64,000 bases of DNA from Azolla caroliniana (lineage: Eukaryota; Plantae; Polypodiophyta): the NCBI GenBank assembly GCA_043228905.1, contig JBHGNT010000006.1, forward strand, positions 13,950,001 to 14,014,000. The letters run 5' to 3'. This document shows positions 34,114-48,931 of the stretch, piece after piece; position 1 is the stretch's first letter, and each line of letters begins with the position of its first letter. The notes beneath the pieces are model-generated. The model was not told the origin of the DNA. It saw only the letters and a list, made by a program, of their open reading frames with translations, and ran no database searches. A program made the translations under genes and the position numbers.

Positions 34114-37100
34114 TTTGCAGGTCCTTAAGTAGCCACTTCAACCATATGGCTTCGCATGTCGCGATAGCCGCTCCTCGGTACTCAGCTTCGGTGCTTGATA
34201 GTGCAACTGTCGGCTGCTTCTTATTGCTCCACACGATCGCGGCACTCCCGAGGGAGAACGCATATCCGGACGTGGATCGGCGATTGGCGGCATTGCCAAC
34301 CCAATCACCATTGGTGTAGCCGACTAACTGCGCGACTGCACTGGTCCGATATAGCAGTCCCCGGTCCTTACTGTCGTTGACATATCGAAGTATGCGTTGC
34401 GCACACTGGAGGTGCTCCTCGGTAGGTCGCGCCATGAACTGACTGATCACTCTGACTGGATAACTGAGGTCGGGTCGGGTGATGGTCAAGTATATGAGGC
34501 TTCCGACAATTTGTCGGAACCTCGTCGGGTCGCATACCTTTCCCGTATCGGGACAAAGCTTGACAGTTCTGTCCAGAGGAGTCGAGACGGACTTACAGTC
34601 GGCCATCCCGAATTTGAAGAGCATACTCAGCACGTAATGACGTTGGCTGATCAATATGTCTTCGGGGGTACCGATCACTTCGATCCCGAGGAAGTAATGA
34701 AGGTCCCCCAGATCCTTCATGTCGAACGATGCCGCAAGCTAGAGCTTCACGCGGTCGATTTCACCTAGGTCGGCGCCGGTGATGACCAAGTCATCAACAT
34801 ATAGTAAAATACTAACCGGTCCGAGTCGACCTTTCCGGATGAACAGGGAAGAGTTCGATTTTGATGTGATGAAGCCCATCCGACGCAGTTGTTGCGTGAT
34901 CTTCGCGTTCCAGGCACGCAGAGCTTGCTTCAGTCCGTAAAGGGACTTCTTTAGTCGGCATACTGCCGAGGAGTTCGTTCCGGAGTGAAATCTGGGGGGT
35001 TGTACCATGTACACCTGTTCCTCAAGGTCACCTTGCAGGAACGCATTCTTTACATCCATCTGATGTAGGTGCCACCCCTTCACCGCAGCTACTACGAGCA
35101 AAACACGGACGGTGGTCATTTTCGCGACCGACGCAAACGTCTCATCGTAGTCGATGCCGTTTTTCTACGTGTAGCCCTTTGCCACTAGTCGAGCCTTCTA
35201 CCGGTTGACCGAGCCATCGGTGTTGTACTTGACTTTGTACACCCACCTACACCCGATCGGTTTTACCCCCCTTGGTGCGTCAACCAGGTCCCAGGTCTCG
35301 TTCTCCGCCAATGCGTGCATCTCTTCCTCCATCGCGGCACGCCACTTCACGTCTTTAGCCGCTTCTGCGTAGCTCTCCGGCTCACGCACTTCCGCCACAC
35401 GGGTCATGTACGCATAATGATGAGCCATGTACTCGTTGTATCCGAACCGCAAAACAGGATTCTTCTGGCGGGTAGATCTGCGTAATCTCACATTAGCCGA
35501 TGTCGAGGCCTTCTCGGTCGACGCGGACTTCACCTTTAAAGACCCGCCACCGGTTCCCTTGGAGTCGGAGTCGCGTCGGTTTGACTCGTCCCTATCAGCA
35601 CCGGAATCCGACACCTTCTTCTTCCCTTTCTCTTTGCGTGTAGGCCGTCTCCTCGGCTTCCTGTGCGGGGAATGCACGGCCGAGTCTCCACTACTCGCCT
35701 ACTCTTCATCGGACTGGTCGTACCGACTCAGTCGTCCAATTGGTCCACTTAAACGGAGTGAAATCGGACTCTCTTCGCGAGTCTCGATTTCGGGGTCATC
35801 CAGAGGCATCTTGCCCTCGCTGACCTCATCGTCAGAGCTTGGATTGGAGTCGGGGGCTGGTACCAGGACGCGGACTCGTCAAACACCACGTCACAGCTAA
35901 CACGCGCTTGTTTGGTGCGAGGGTTATAGCACTTATAACCCTTCTGCTCATCCGAGTAACCGACCAAGATGCTTTTCTCGGCCTTTGCGTCCAGCTTCCT
36001 CCTTTTCTCCTTTGGTACATGCACATACACAATGCTACCGAACACCCTCAAGTGTCGCAAGTTCGGCTTCGTTCCGAAATATAGCTCGTGCACCGACACT
36101 TTGTCTCCGATTCGGTTCTGGATGTATACCGCGGTCCTTACCGCCTCGGCCCAGTAGAACTTGGGCTAGCTCTTCTCCTCTAGCATTGCCCGTGCCGCTT
36201 CCACAACTGACCGATTCTTCCTCTCGGCCACGCCATTCTGCTCCGGCGTGTATCTACAACTGAATTCGCGCCGAATTCCCATTTGTTGTAGATAACCGTT
36301 GAATTGACCGGAAAAGTACTCTTTCCCGCCATCTGACCGCAGGCACTTGATCTTTCGTCCCGTTTCTGTTTCCACGAACCCTTTGAGGTCCCGGAAACAG
36401 TCGAAGACTTCGCTCTTCCTCTCAATGAGGTAGATCCACGTGTGCCGCGTGTGGTCGTCAATGAAGGAGACAAAATATCGGCTCCCGCCAAGACTAACAT
36501 TTTGTGCCAGCCCCCATACATCGGAGTGTATAAGGTCGAGCTTGTTCCGGCTCCGGTTTCGCTCATTAGGAAAGGAAGTCGGTGTTGCTTCCCGAGCTGG
36601 CAGGCTTCACAAATTTGTGCCTTTCGGCCACTAAATTTGGGCAATCCGAACACTACCTGTTTCGATTGCAGATCTTGAAGCCACTGGTAGTTAACGTGGC
36701 CTATCCGCTTGTGCAACAAGTGGATGTCCGACTCGGATTTTTGTCCCTTCGTGAACATTGCAGTGCCGCCGTCAGTGGAGTCGAGGATGAACATCCTCAC
36801 TCTCTGCGCCCTTGCGCAATCACACGGCCTTCTTCCTCAATGAAGCACCCGAGGTGTGTTAACCAAACCTCCATCCCTTGGTCGACGATCTGTCCGACCG
36901 AGACCAAGTTTTTCGTGATTGTCGGAACGTGCAACATGTTCATGAGTTTCCCTTTCTGCCCAACATGGCTAAGGGGAACTTCTCCGACATTCGCGATCGG
37001 ATGCGGAGTGTCGTCTCCAGTTGCGACTACTCCAGGTTGTATCGGTTTTTCAAGGTACGAGAACCACTCCTTATGGCTCGTCATGTGGTTTGACGTGCCG

Positions 37101-37334
37101 GAGTCTACGTACCACACCTCATCCGATCTCGGGGTGGTCTATTTCATTGAGTTTGCTTCGTGTCTCGTCACGAAGGCAGACTCTTCTACGGCTCTCCCGG
37201 AGTCTTCGGCGTAGTGCAATCGCTGCCGATTTCACTTGTGGGTATGTCCACAGCCGTTTCCGGAACCGGTTCTCTCCGAATCGGCGTGCTTCTTCCAGCA
37301 CTCACTTTCCCTGTGGCCTTTCTTGCCACAGTAC
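34114..37334 (-). mobile_element. Copia family A internal fragment (Zn knuckle to RNase H), no LTRs
   Basis: Minus ORFs: WYVDSGTSNHM (36797-37117), integrase (36166-36375) and RT (34739-35119, 34088-34720). Confidence 0.93.
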
Positions 37335-40202
37335 GAACTGAATGATACAAGGAAGAAATGTTTCTCTTCGCAATATCAGTAAAACCCTTCGACACCACTA
37401 AAGAGGAGTCCACCATTCAACTTCCAAAGAAGTATCATCATTATGCCGATGTGTTTGATAAAGTACAAGCCAATAGGCTTCCTCACTATCGACCGTATGA
37501 TTGCCCCATCGATTTACAACTGGGAAATGAGCCACCATGGGGACCGATCTACAATTTGTCACCAACCGAGCTAGAAGCCCTTCGAGCCTATATAGAAGAG
37601 AATTTGGAAAATGGTTTAATTCGGCATTCGAAATCTCCAGCCGGCGCACCCATTTTCTTCGTCAAGAAAAAGGATGGATCACTTCGTCTTGTTGTAGATT
37701 ACCGTGGCCTGAATAAGGTCACCATCAGAAATAGGTATGCACTTCCCCTTATCTCAAGTCTTTTAGAACGGATCAATGGTGCAAGGTTCTTCACGAAGAT
37801 CGACTTACGGGGAGCATATAACCTCGTACGGATCCGACCAGGAGATGAATGGAAGACCACGTTTCACACCAGATATGGGCACTTCGAGTATACAGTCATG
37901 CCATTCGGCCTCACTAATGTGCCAACAGTCTTCGAGCACATGACAAATGATATATTCCGGGATCTCTTGGATGTTTGTTTGATCATCTATTTGGATGATC
38001 TACTGGTTTATTCGAAGACCCAAGAAGAGCATGATTTGCATGTACTATTAGTACTAAAATGACTTCGAGAACATGGTCTTTATGCAAAGTTGGAAAAATG
38101 TAGTTTCGGGTGCAACCAGGTGGAATTTCTAGGCTATGTCATCTCCTCGAAAGGCATCTCCATGGATTCAACTAAGGTCAAAACGGTGGTAGAGTGGCAA
38201 ACTCCGCATTCGTTGCGAGATGTGCAATGCTTTTTAGGCTTTGCCAAATTCTACTGCAAGTTTATACAAGATTACTCAAAGCTTGTTCTACCTCTCACAC
38301 AACTTACTAAGAAGGGACAATCATTCGTTTGGTCTGAAGAAGCGGACATGGCTTTTAAGAATCTTAAGAAGGCATTTACATCAGCTCCTATTCTAGCTCA
38401 CGTTGATCCGGAAAAACCATTCATCATGGAAGCGGACGCGTCAGATTTCGCATTGGGTAGCATTCTGTCACAACAAGGTAATGATGAAAAGCTACATCCT
38501 GTAGCTTTCGACTCACGCAAGTTTGACGCCGCCGAAATCAACTATGAAATTCATGATAAGGAGCTATTAGCAATAGTGGACTCTTTTACGCAATGGAGGC
38601 ATTTTCTAGAGGGATCCTGTCATCAAGTCACCATATTCAGTGATCACAAAAACCTTGCCTACTTTTCAAAGTGCTCATGTGTTAAATCAACGTCAAGCTC
38701 GGTGGGCCCAATTCCTCACGCGTTTCAACTTCAAAATTACATATCATCTGGGGAAGCACCAAGGGAAGGCAGATGCATTATCACGGCGTTCGTATCTAGC
38801 ACCGCGTCCCGGCGAGCCAACTTTTGATAACCAAAAGCAAGTAATCTTGGAACCGGCATGACTGCAAGCAACACAGGTCTTCGGCATGCCCTTGGATTCC
38901 CACGTGAGGACTTGAAGACAGATGCTTTCGCCCAAGCCATTCTAGCACAAATTGATCCCTCTTGAGCATCTTTTCACAGTCGCAACAACTAGGTACAGAC
39001 TATCGATAATTTCAATGTCATGATGGATTACTATTCTTTAAGAAACTCTTGTATGTTCCTAATGGTTCTTGACGCCTTCGAGTAGTCCAAAACTGTCATG
39101 ACACATATACAGTTGGGCATTTTGGTAGTGCTAAGATATTAGATTTAGTACAACGATCATTCTGGTGGCCTTGTATGCGACAATTTGTCGAAGATTTTGT
39201 TCGGACTTGTGATACATGTTGCAGAGCAAAAATGCCAAGGCATCATCCATATGATTTATTACAACCATTACCAATTCCAAGCAAGTCGTGGCAATCCATT
39301 GCTCTAGATTTCATCACAAATCTTCCAGTCCCTAAGGGATTCAATGCGATTTTAATAGTAGTAGATCGATATACGAAGATGGCTCATTTCCTGCCATGTA
39401 GTTAGGAAATCTCTAGTGAAGAAACTGCCGAAATTGTCATGCGTGAAGTATGTCGGCATCATGGCCTTCCTGATAATATCATCAACGATCGTGGACCCCA
39501 GTTCGTCTTGAAATTCTAGAAGCACCTTTTTAAAATGCTCAAGGTCACTTGTAACCTCTCCTCCGGCTACCACCCGCAAACCGACGGCCAAGCAGAATGA
39601 ACAAATCAAACGCTGGAGCAGTATCTTTGGTGCTTTCTAAGCTATCATTAGGATGACTGGGCGGATATTCTCCACTTCGCCAAATTTTCCTATAATAACT
39701 CTGTCCACTTATCGACTAAAGTTATGCCATTTTAAGCTTATACGGGTTGTCACCCCCAGTGGTGTGTATTTGAAACCCTAGAGTTACCCACAAATCTTTG
39801 CGTAGAGGATCGTTTGGAGCGGTTACGCAAGATACAAGTAGATTTATCTACTCATGTACAACAAGCTCAACAAACATACAAGGTTTACGCTGATTGTCAT
39901 CGACTTCCATGCAGTTTTAACACTGGAGATCGGGTATGGCTACTACGACGACACATCAAGACTACTCTCGCCGATGCAAGAAGTTGGATTATCAGCGATT
40001 AGGTCCTTTCCATATTCTCGGAAAGATTAATGATTTCTCTTTTCGTCTCGATCTATCCCCGCAACTTCACATACATCCGGTGTTTTATAGTTCTCTCCTC
40101 GAACCCTATCAAGACAGCACCATCCCAGGACGTATTCCACAACCTCCACCCCCGATCGAACTTGAAAATGGACTTGAGTAAGAGGTTGCCGCCATCCTTG
40201 AT

Positions 40203-40540
40203 ATATGAGGCTGGCCACCATAGACATGTACATGTTCACATCTGCTATTTTGGCTCCCAAATCCGTCCTCAATTTGCAGTTCTTATCCAGTGGTACATCA
40301 ATAGGTTTGCATCCAAGCATTCCATACTTCTTCAACACAGTTGTTACATACTGTTTTTGCAACATATATATACATATCAGATTTGATTATCTCATTACCA
40401 AGAAAGTATTTCGGCTCACCCAAGTCCTTCATATGAATCTGCATTTCCAGACTTTTCTTCAAGTTGCTTATTTCATCCATAGAATCACCTCCAATGATTA
40501 AATCATCTACATAAATCAAAACAACAACAATGTCATTTAT
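40203..40540 (-). pseudogene. RT fragment of an unrelated copia
   Basis: IYVDDLII..MKDLGEPKYFLG..LQKQYV on minus. Confidence 0.8.
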
Positions 40541-41810
40541 CCTTTTTACAGGGGGAGTACGAGGGGGAGTGGCTCCAGATCGGCAGGTTCCTGAAAATAA
40601 TGGCGCCAGACACGGCATGGACAAGGGAAGAGGCTAATCGGATGCGGAAGAAGGCGTACCGTTTCTTCCTACGGGATGGAAGCATATGGAGGCACCTGAA
40701 GAAGCGAGACAACGTCCCATTCTGTGTAGTGGCAGGAAAGGCAAAGCGAGAGGGGTTACTAATCGTGTACCATGAGAGTCCCTGGACCGGACATCGTGGG
40801 ACATGGGGCATGTTCGAGAAGCTGAAGGAGAAGTATTGGTGGCCAGGGCTGTATTGGGACGTGCACCGATTCGTAACAACATGCGAGAACTATCTGCACT
40901 CCGCAATCTGACATCGAGACAAGTTGCACCCAACCTACCCGCTGACCGTTCATTTCAACTGGATGGTAGACTTAGTGACGATGTCGATGGGAGTAGGGCA
41001 GATGCGGTACCTGGTGCTTGCGCGGGAGGACTTGACGAATCAGGTGGAGGGTTGCGCCCTACAAAACAAGACGACCGCGGCCGTGTGCAGGTTCCTGATC
41101 GAAGAGGTGGTATGCCGGTATGGGTGTGTAGGAAAGATAGTAGTTGATCGGGGGGAGCTGGATGCGTAGGAAGCTGAAGAGTTGTTCGACCGATTAGGGG
41201 TTAAGCTCTCCCTCACTACGGCATACAACCCGGAGGCTAATAGGAAGGTAGAGCGCGGGCACGAGCCGATCGTGAAGGCATTAGTATGCCTGTGTGAAGG
41301 TCAAGTTGGGAGTTGGCCATGGTTCCTACCTTACACACTATGGGCGGATCGAACTACGCATAGTTCGGTGACCGGGTTCATGCCGGTGGAGCGGACGATT
41401 CCTTCCTGGGCCGCGGTGGACTGAAAGGACGAGATGAGCCGGGAGGAGCTGTTGGCAGCGCGGATTCGGCAACTTGAGTGAAGACCGGAGGATGTGGAAC
41501 GGGCCAAGGCGAAGCTGCACGCGGCGAGGGTGAGGAAAAAGGGTCGGTTCGACCGAACGCACCGGCTACGACCGAAGAAGATCGAGGAAGGCGACTGGGT
41601 GTTGGTTTACGACAATAGCCTCGACAATCAACACAAGGCGACGCGGAAGTTTGCGAGGAGGTGGTTCGGGCCCTACACCGTAATGAGCGCAAACGACAAC
41701 AGTACTTACCACCTTGCGGAGCTCGACGGGATGCAGATAGCGGTGCCGATAGCCGGGAAGAGGATCAAAGCCTTCAAGAAGCGGCATGAAGATGAGCCGT
41801 ACTCGGGAAG
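40541..41810 (+). pseudogene. Integrase fragment of the Ylt1-like gypsy lineage
   Basis: HESPWTGHRG..KYWWPGL..CENY, YLVLAREDLTNQVEG, AYNPEAN.KVERGH.PIVKAL, RWFGPY. Confidence 0.82.
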
Positions 41811-42817
41811 CGCACATCTCCATCAGGTAGAGACTAAATTTCCTTACTACTTTTCATCTTTCTCTTCAGGAGATACACATTCTTGTTTGCTTGGTTCTTT
41901 TCATCTTTCATTCAGGGATTTACTTCTCTATTATGTGCTTTTCCTTTTCTTTAAGATCTCTCTTCAGTCAATTCAAATTCTTGGTTGATCATTGATATTG
42001 TATGTTCTTCTTTCGTACCATTTGTTAATTCTATAGTAGGGACAATGCACATGGTTGGTTTGTGACATCATATGGTCTTTTTTTTATAATGGGGTTATTC
42101 TGTTTTTGTGATATCATCTCTTTTTTATTGTGTGCATTCCTTTTTGCCTGCATCTGACTTTACTCAATGTATACCTATGGTTGAATTTTGATGTCACATG
42201 TTCTTCCTTAATCGGTGCTTCTCTATGTCTCTCTCAGTCAATGTACAGATTGGCTAGGATATAGTCTCAGAAAGCGTACGTGGGAACCAATAGAGAATGT
42301 GACCAATGTTCATTCTCTTCTTGAAGACTTCCATCGTCAATATCCAGATAAACCGGGTCCTCAATCCAAAACGACTCATGACACTCATCGTTTTAAAGGG
42401 GGGAATAGTGTCATGATATGGTAAGACTGAAACCCATGACCTTATGTTACATGGGTCGAGCTCTTGACCATTACACTATCTATTGTAATACGTAGAATAT
42501 TATTTTTATTTAAGTTTTACTATAGCAAATTATTGTATATTCCAGATTTCTCTGGAACATTCTAGAAGCTTAAGGATTACTCCTGAGAACACTATAAAAA
42601 GAGGCACAAGGCATTATTTCGAACCAAATCGGTTCAACGCCAGTCTTAAGCCTCTTAGACTTCCTTGTATATTCTTCTCACATAATATATCGTTGTCATC
42701 ATCATTTTCTCTCCCTCGATCTGTCACTCTGTCTCTCTCTCTCCTTCTCTCGAGTGTTCTACACCCTCTATTCCTCTTAGTACTAATTTCTTCTCTGTCT
42801 CAATACTATTCTCGACA

Positions 42818-44177
42818 ACAAGACGCGAGATGCACTTGATTCGTTCTTTCGAGAGGTTGTGAAGTTCATACTCGAAGTAGGGTGCATACACACCAACGTG
42901 TACGGGATGACTAAACAAAAAGGGGGCATCGTCATCGTGACGTTCGAAGGACTGGCCATAGATTGGGGAGTCATAATAGGGCCAGCGTTGCGAGAAGGTC
43001 TTCACACATTCCAGGCCAGGAGCAAACTTTGCCCCATCATCCAACAATATTTAACAATACTGTTTCTAACCTAGCCAAAAGGCTAGATGCCGCAAACTAG
43101 ACCGGAAGGATGGTCTCGGACTTGTCAAGGATATGGCTCTAGAAACCGAGACCCCCGTCATAATCGGGACCGTAACGACACTAGAAGTGATTCCGCACCC
43201 ACGGCCAATCTTGACCGGAAAATCAAAACAGGGTAAGGGTGTAATCACATCTGAAGTAGAAGTATTGAGCTACCCAAACATTCCGGACACGACGCATGAA
43301 TTTGGGGCCCTCTTGCAATTCGGCACCACCTTCGAACTCATCGAGTTCCTTGCTACACAGGAGATCAAGGTGTGCCAGAGCATGGCAGAAGAGAACACCA
43401 AACGCCGAATGATCAAACACACGCTGACTAAAACAGTTGAGAGCGACGACGAAGGCCCATTTGCCAGGGTTGGATGAAAGAGAAACGTCAGCATTTGCCT
43501 GGGTGGGCATCGAACTACCCCCACTAAATACGGCCTTAGTTGAAGTACATAGGGAGGTTGTAGCAGTCATCATTGGTGCCAAGGATATGGCGACAAAGAA
43601 CAAAAATCAATGGAAGACTATTAAGATAACACAACAGCAGCTTGAAAAGGCACAACAGACGATTGCAAAACTTGAAAACGATGCACCAACACGGGTGGAA
43701 CCTACACCCACCTCCGCTTCCCAGACATCTGAACTTGAGTCGCTACGGACGATCATGGCCAAAGCAAAGCGCGCCACAAAGCTGGCCGAAATGGAAACTG
43801 AACGCCTCCGGTAAGAACTCTGGCAATCCTCGGATAGGGACGCAAGGCCATAAAAATGTGGCATGTTACCCGTATAGGTGTACGTGAGGGTAAAGGTGTA
43901 ATGTGTATGGTGTGTAATGTGTAAAATGAATGACTGTGTGAGGATGAGTATGTGTACGGACACATGCACAATTATGTGCAGTGTACAACAATGCGTAACG
44001 GTCTTATTTATAACGGTCATGTAACCGTTACATTGGATGTACTATATAAACCTCCTATGGCCATATAATGAAGGTAGTTTTTGTTTTACCCTCATTTTGT
44101 TGTTTCCTTGTTCTACTCTTCTTCTCTTTCTCTCTAACATAATTCCCCTTCTAGGCTTCACCCCCCACCCATCAACA
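42818..44177 (+). mobile_element. 3' end of an OTA-like element: extra-ORF remnant plus 3' LTR 43864-44177
   Basis: VTFEGLAIDW..LREGL..IQQYLTIL aligns with VAYEGLQVDW..LKEAI..IAQWLTVL in 31626-32789. The LTR is homologous to 9946-10274. Confidence 0.78.
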
Positions 44178-44399
44178 CAAATGTGCAGAAAAGTAACTCG
44201 CTTTCTGCTTATGTGAAGATGGAAAGGTAGGGTTCAATATTCCTGGAGCCATGATGCATGTACTTCTTTTCTTGGAACCTGTACCTGCATGTAATCCTCT
44301 TAAATATAGCTCCTCTCGCTCTTTCTTTTTCTTTTTCTCTCTCTTTTGTTTTTTCATTTCAGACCTAACGGTTATGGGTATTCCTAGTATACATTAATG

Positions 44400-47300
44400 T
44401 ACAACAACCCGTATTTACTTAGAGGGGGTTTCCCCACCCGAGGATAATTTGGGGCCGACGTTCTTTTCTATGGGATCCGTAATTGGTTTGAATGGGTTCG
44501 GCAGTGTGGGCCCCGTATATGCTTTCAGCTAGAATCCATTAACTTTATACATTAGAATTTCTCCAGCTAGGGTGCTTAGCGTAAATGTCCCTTTTTCGGC
44601 TGTGACTATCCAATACGGCCCTATCCATCGGAAACAAAGTTTTGCGGGCATTTTCCCCATGCGCGTCTGGAACATGAGTATGGGCTTTCCGATTCCGAAA
44701 AATTCTTCATTACGCCCGCGATGACGATCCACAAATGTTTTCCGGCGTTGTTGGTCTTGTTCCAAGACTGCCATACTCCGGACCCACTCCTCTCTGAGTG
44801 CGAGGAGTTGGTGTAGCCGAGCTTGTTCCGTTTGTTTGTCTAGTAGTCGTTCCCTTACTTGGATCTGAAGGCTCCGAATTTGAAATTCTATGGGCATAAA
44901 TGCTTCCAGGTTGAATGCCAACCGGAATGGCGTGGATTGGAGGCTTGTCTTGAAACTCGTATGGTACGCCCATAACACGCTATGCAGCTTGGTGTCCCAA
45001 TCCGTGCGGTGGTCATTCACGATTTTTCGGAGAATGTTTTGGAGCATTTTGTTTGTGGAATCGGCTAGTCCATTCACTTGTGGGCAGTACAACGTACTCT
45101 TCTTATGGACCACTGTGTAGTGGTGTGTGAGCCTGTCGATCACGGCATTCAGAAAGTGGCCTCCCTGGTCGCTAATAAGTTCGATTGGGCAACCAAATCA
45201 GCACCATATGTTCTCATATAAAAAAATTTCCATGGATGCCGTTGTATTGTCGCCTGAGGCCTTCGCTTCGACCCACTTGGTGCAATAATCAGTCGCCACT
45301 AGGATGTACCGATGCCATGTGCGTGCCGCGGCTGGGGTGAATGGGGCCACAAAGTCGAGGCCTCATTTCTGGAAAGGCTCTAAGGACAGCACGAATTGAT
45401 GAGGCATCCGGGCGCGCTTTGTAGGCTGACCCAACTATTGGCATAGGTTGCACTCGCGGCAGTACTGGTGGGCCTCCTTCTGGGTGGTGGGCCACCAAAG
45501 GCCCACTTGCCATATCTTCGGTGTGGTAGCCTCACCTGCGAAATGGCCACTTGCTATTCTGCAATGTGCTTCATGCAGCACCCTCTTTTTCTCATCGCTC
45601 TGGACACCTCGTCTTCAAATGCCATCGTTGCCTTTGTGATACAACGTCTCACCGACTAAACAAAAGTTCGGACTCCTTACTGCCAACCTCATCTTTTCGT
45701 CCATTTGCATCCCTAGCGGACGCAAGCCTACGTTGAGAAAATGGCTCATATCTACAAGCCATTTTTCATTCTTGGGTGAGCTATCTTCCATGGGGTCGCT
45801 TATGGTGATTTGCAGGATTCCCCCGTCTGGAAAATCGTCATCTCCTTCAGTTGCCATGTACCCATTTTCGATGCACTCCGGTAATCGGCCACAACATGCT
45901 GCATTCCGGGGTTGTGTTGGATGTTGAAATTGAATTCTTGTAGTAGTAGCATCCAGCGTTCTAGTTTCCCAATGAGTGATTGTTTTCATACCAGATAGCG
46001 GAGTGCCACATGATCGACGTGAAAGACAAACTTCATGCCCAATAGGTAATGTCGGAATTTATTAATGTTGTAAATCATACCCAGGGCCTCTCGTTCCGTC
46101 GTGGAATAATTGCACTTGGCGGTTGATAGCTTCCTGTTGGAGTAGTATATCGGTCAATACCAATTCGGCTTGGTGAGTTGCATGAGTGCACTTCCGATTG
46201 TGATGTCTAGGGCATCTACGAAGACACGAAAGGGTCGCATTCAGTCAGGTGCTTGTACCACCAGGTCTTGTTTGAGCATAATCTTTTGTGCCATATAGGC
46301 CTTATCTCCTGTTTACATCCAACTCAACGGGCTCCAATGAATTGCGGTGTGCAGTGGTGTGGCGATTCGCGAGATTGCATAACATCCAGTTGTGCCATCT
46401 GATCTGTCGTAGGAACCAACTTAATGCTTTGGCATTTTTAAGAGTTGGGGTCGTGATGTTTTTTCCCGGGCTCCACTACAATACTACACTCCTGGCTCAT
46501 GATGTGACCGAGGAACGCTCCGCTAGTTACGCCGAATGCACACTTAGCCGGATTAAGATTGAGACATGAGGCGTGGCAGCGCTCTAGGCAGAGGCGGAGA
46601 TGTCTTAAATGGTCCTACCAAGCTTCGTAAACTGCGAAATCATCCAAAAAGACCTGTATAAAAACCGGAATATACTCACCAAAGATTTTGGATATGATAC
46701 GCTGAAACATGGTGGGCGTTGTTTTTAAACCAAACATCGTGACTACCGCGACGAATACGCCCCACTCCGTTACGAACGCGGTTTTCTCCTAGTCATCTGG
46801 GTGCATACGGACTTGGTTGTAGCCGTTGAACCCGTCGCGGGGTACATGTCGTGCCCCGCGACGTGTCGAGAACACTACCAATGAAGGAGAGGAGGAAGGC
46901 GTCCGTAATGGTGACCACATTTAATTTTCGGTTGTCGACGATCACGCGGATTTTCGCATACTTCTTTGGGACCACGACAATAGGGCTCAACCATGTTGCC
47001 CGCTTCACTGGTCGGATGAAGGCAATTTATAATAGTTTGTCGATTTATTCCTTAACACAAGTCACGTAATTTGGGTTTATGCGGTAACGTCGTTGTTGGA
47101 CCGGTTTAGTGTCTATTGTGAGGTTGATTTGATGTTGATAAAATTTAGGATCCAAACCCTTCATGCCCTCATGTCACCATGAAAATACGTCTCTGTATTC
47201 GCGTAATAACTCGATCAGGGCGGTCTTTTCCGTAGGAGGCAATTCTTTGGCCACCGAGAGAGCCCACAACGTATTAGGCAATTTCTTCCATGGCAGTAGC

Positions 47301-48931
47301 CTCAACGTCACATGATATCTCCATTTACCGGTCGAACGCGTCCTGCGCCTTGCGGAGTTCTATGAGGGCTTCCTCATTGGGTTCCTCATCCTGCTCCGCG
47401 GTCGGTGCTACTGTGTTGTATGCTTCTTCGGTTTCCACCACATCTATGTCGAATAGGGGTACTATCCGAGGGTTTTCGTCTAGATATTTTCCTAGTTCCT
47501 CGTCCTCGAGGCCTTTGAAAATGTTGATGTCTTCTACGTACAACAGGGTCATGGATTTCGGGGTTGTAGTGTTTTCTTGCATTTGCACCCTTATCTTCGC
47601 GCGACCCTGGTGAAAACTTATGTGGTTGTGCTGCCAATTCTACTTAATATTGGCAGAGCGCAACCATGGTTGTCCTAATAGGAGGTGGTATGCCCCTGGA
47701 GCTTCAAGTATTAAGACCACGACCCTATTATGATTGATAGTTTCCGCAACATCCCTAGGGGTCCAATAGATCTGGTGTCCGCCATTCGTAGCCAAAAGGG
47801 GCATACTTCCCAAGTTGTGATGCCCAAGCGACTGCATGTGGCTGTATTTATGACATTGATGCCGGAGCCACTGTCCACAATGCATCTCAAGATTTCTGTG
47901 TCTTGTATGAGCACTTTGATGGTCGGGTTTTGGTGGTCCATGATAGTTGGGCCTAGAGCAGATTCGACGAAATTTGCGGAGACCGTTACCTGGGGTGTGT
48001 GGTGCATCCGTGTTTCCAGAGCCTACCGAAAGCAGGGAACCAGATTGACCAGCTTACTCATTGTGAGTGTAATTGGGCAGTACGCAAGGGCTTGCCATAT
48101 TGGGTCTGCCTCCGATGTTGCTTCCTCCGTGGTTGTCCCAAATGTGCTCTCCTACCGCATGCGTTCTACATTAGCTCCGTTGGAGTTTTCCACCCACGGT
48201 TTCACCGCATTGCATATCTCGTAATGCTCTTCCCATGCGTCCATCTTGGTCTTATTGCGAGTTGTTACCTGTTGGACCTCCCTCCACTATGATTGTGTTA
48301 ACCGCTGGCAGTTTGCCATTTTGGTTATGTGGGCATTGTAGTGCATAATGGCCTGGCTCCTGGCAATTAAAGTAGTGAAAGCTTGACTCACCTTGTTCTA
48401 TATAGGGCGGCGGAACGAGCACTAACTGTCTTTCATTTTCATGATGTGGTCATGAGTGGGTTTGGCATTGGTATCATGGTCGGCGGCGGTCGTCACGACG
48501 GTAGTTGTTAGGTTAGCCCCTTCTATTGTCGTCCGGTCGATCCTCCCGATGCCGAAAGTCTTGGGGTCTATGGTCATAATAGCGTGACTCCGCTTGGCCT
48601 CCCCTATTGTTGGTGGAGCCCCGATTATCATAGCGATGACCTTGGTTTGTGTCGTTCCTGCCTCCGCCGATACTCGTCTCCACACATGTAGTTGTCGTTT
48701 CGACGATAGTCATTTACGCAACGATAATCGTCGCCGCATCGATAGTCGTTGCTGTGCCTATAGCCGTAGTCTCGACGGTGGTCATCATCCCAATCATGGT
48801 TGTCTGTGTATCATCCCCAATCATTGTAACGAGGTTGGTCCTCGTCGCAGTATCTCAGACGATCATCTGGTTGTGGTCGGTCCTCATCGCAGTATGTGTT
48901 ACCGTAGTGTCGCTACATAGCACGTGTACGT
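44400..48931 (-). mobile_element. Decayed OTA-like gag-pol, no LTRs visible
   Basis: Minus ORFs: protease IVDSGSGIN (47711-48007), RT ATWLSPIVVV (46793-47008) and INT (44529-45143); homologous to 27272-31267. Confidence 0.9.

Larger units (their letters stand above)
37345..42817 (+). mobile_element. Tcn1-like chromovirus fragment (RT-RH-INT-chromodomain plus 3' LTR 42409-42817); chromodomain interrupted by foreign DNA at about 40203-42240
   Basis: [30 protein letters not shown] motif, EVAAILD|...|DWLGYS..RTWEP, PPT AAAGGGGGGAA. The LTR is homologous to 55066-55489. Confidence 0.9.

Noticed and set aside
33519-34319. Single 266-aa protein
   Set aside because: Chimeric: the coiled-coil extra ORF is fused near 34113 to the antisense strand of a copia RNase H.
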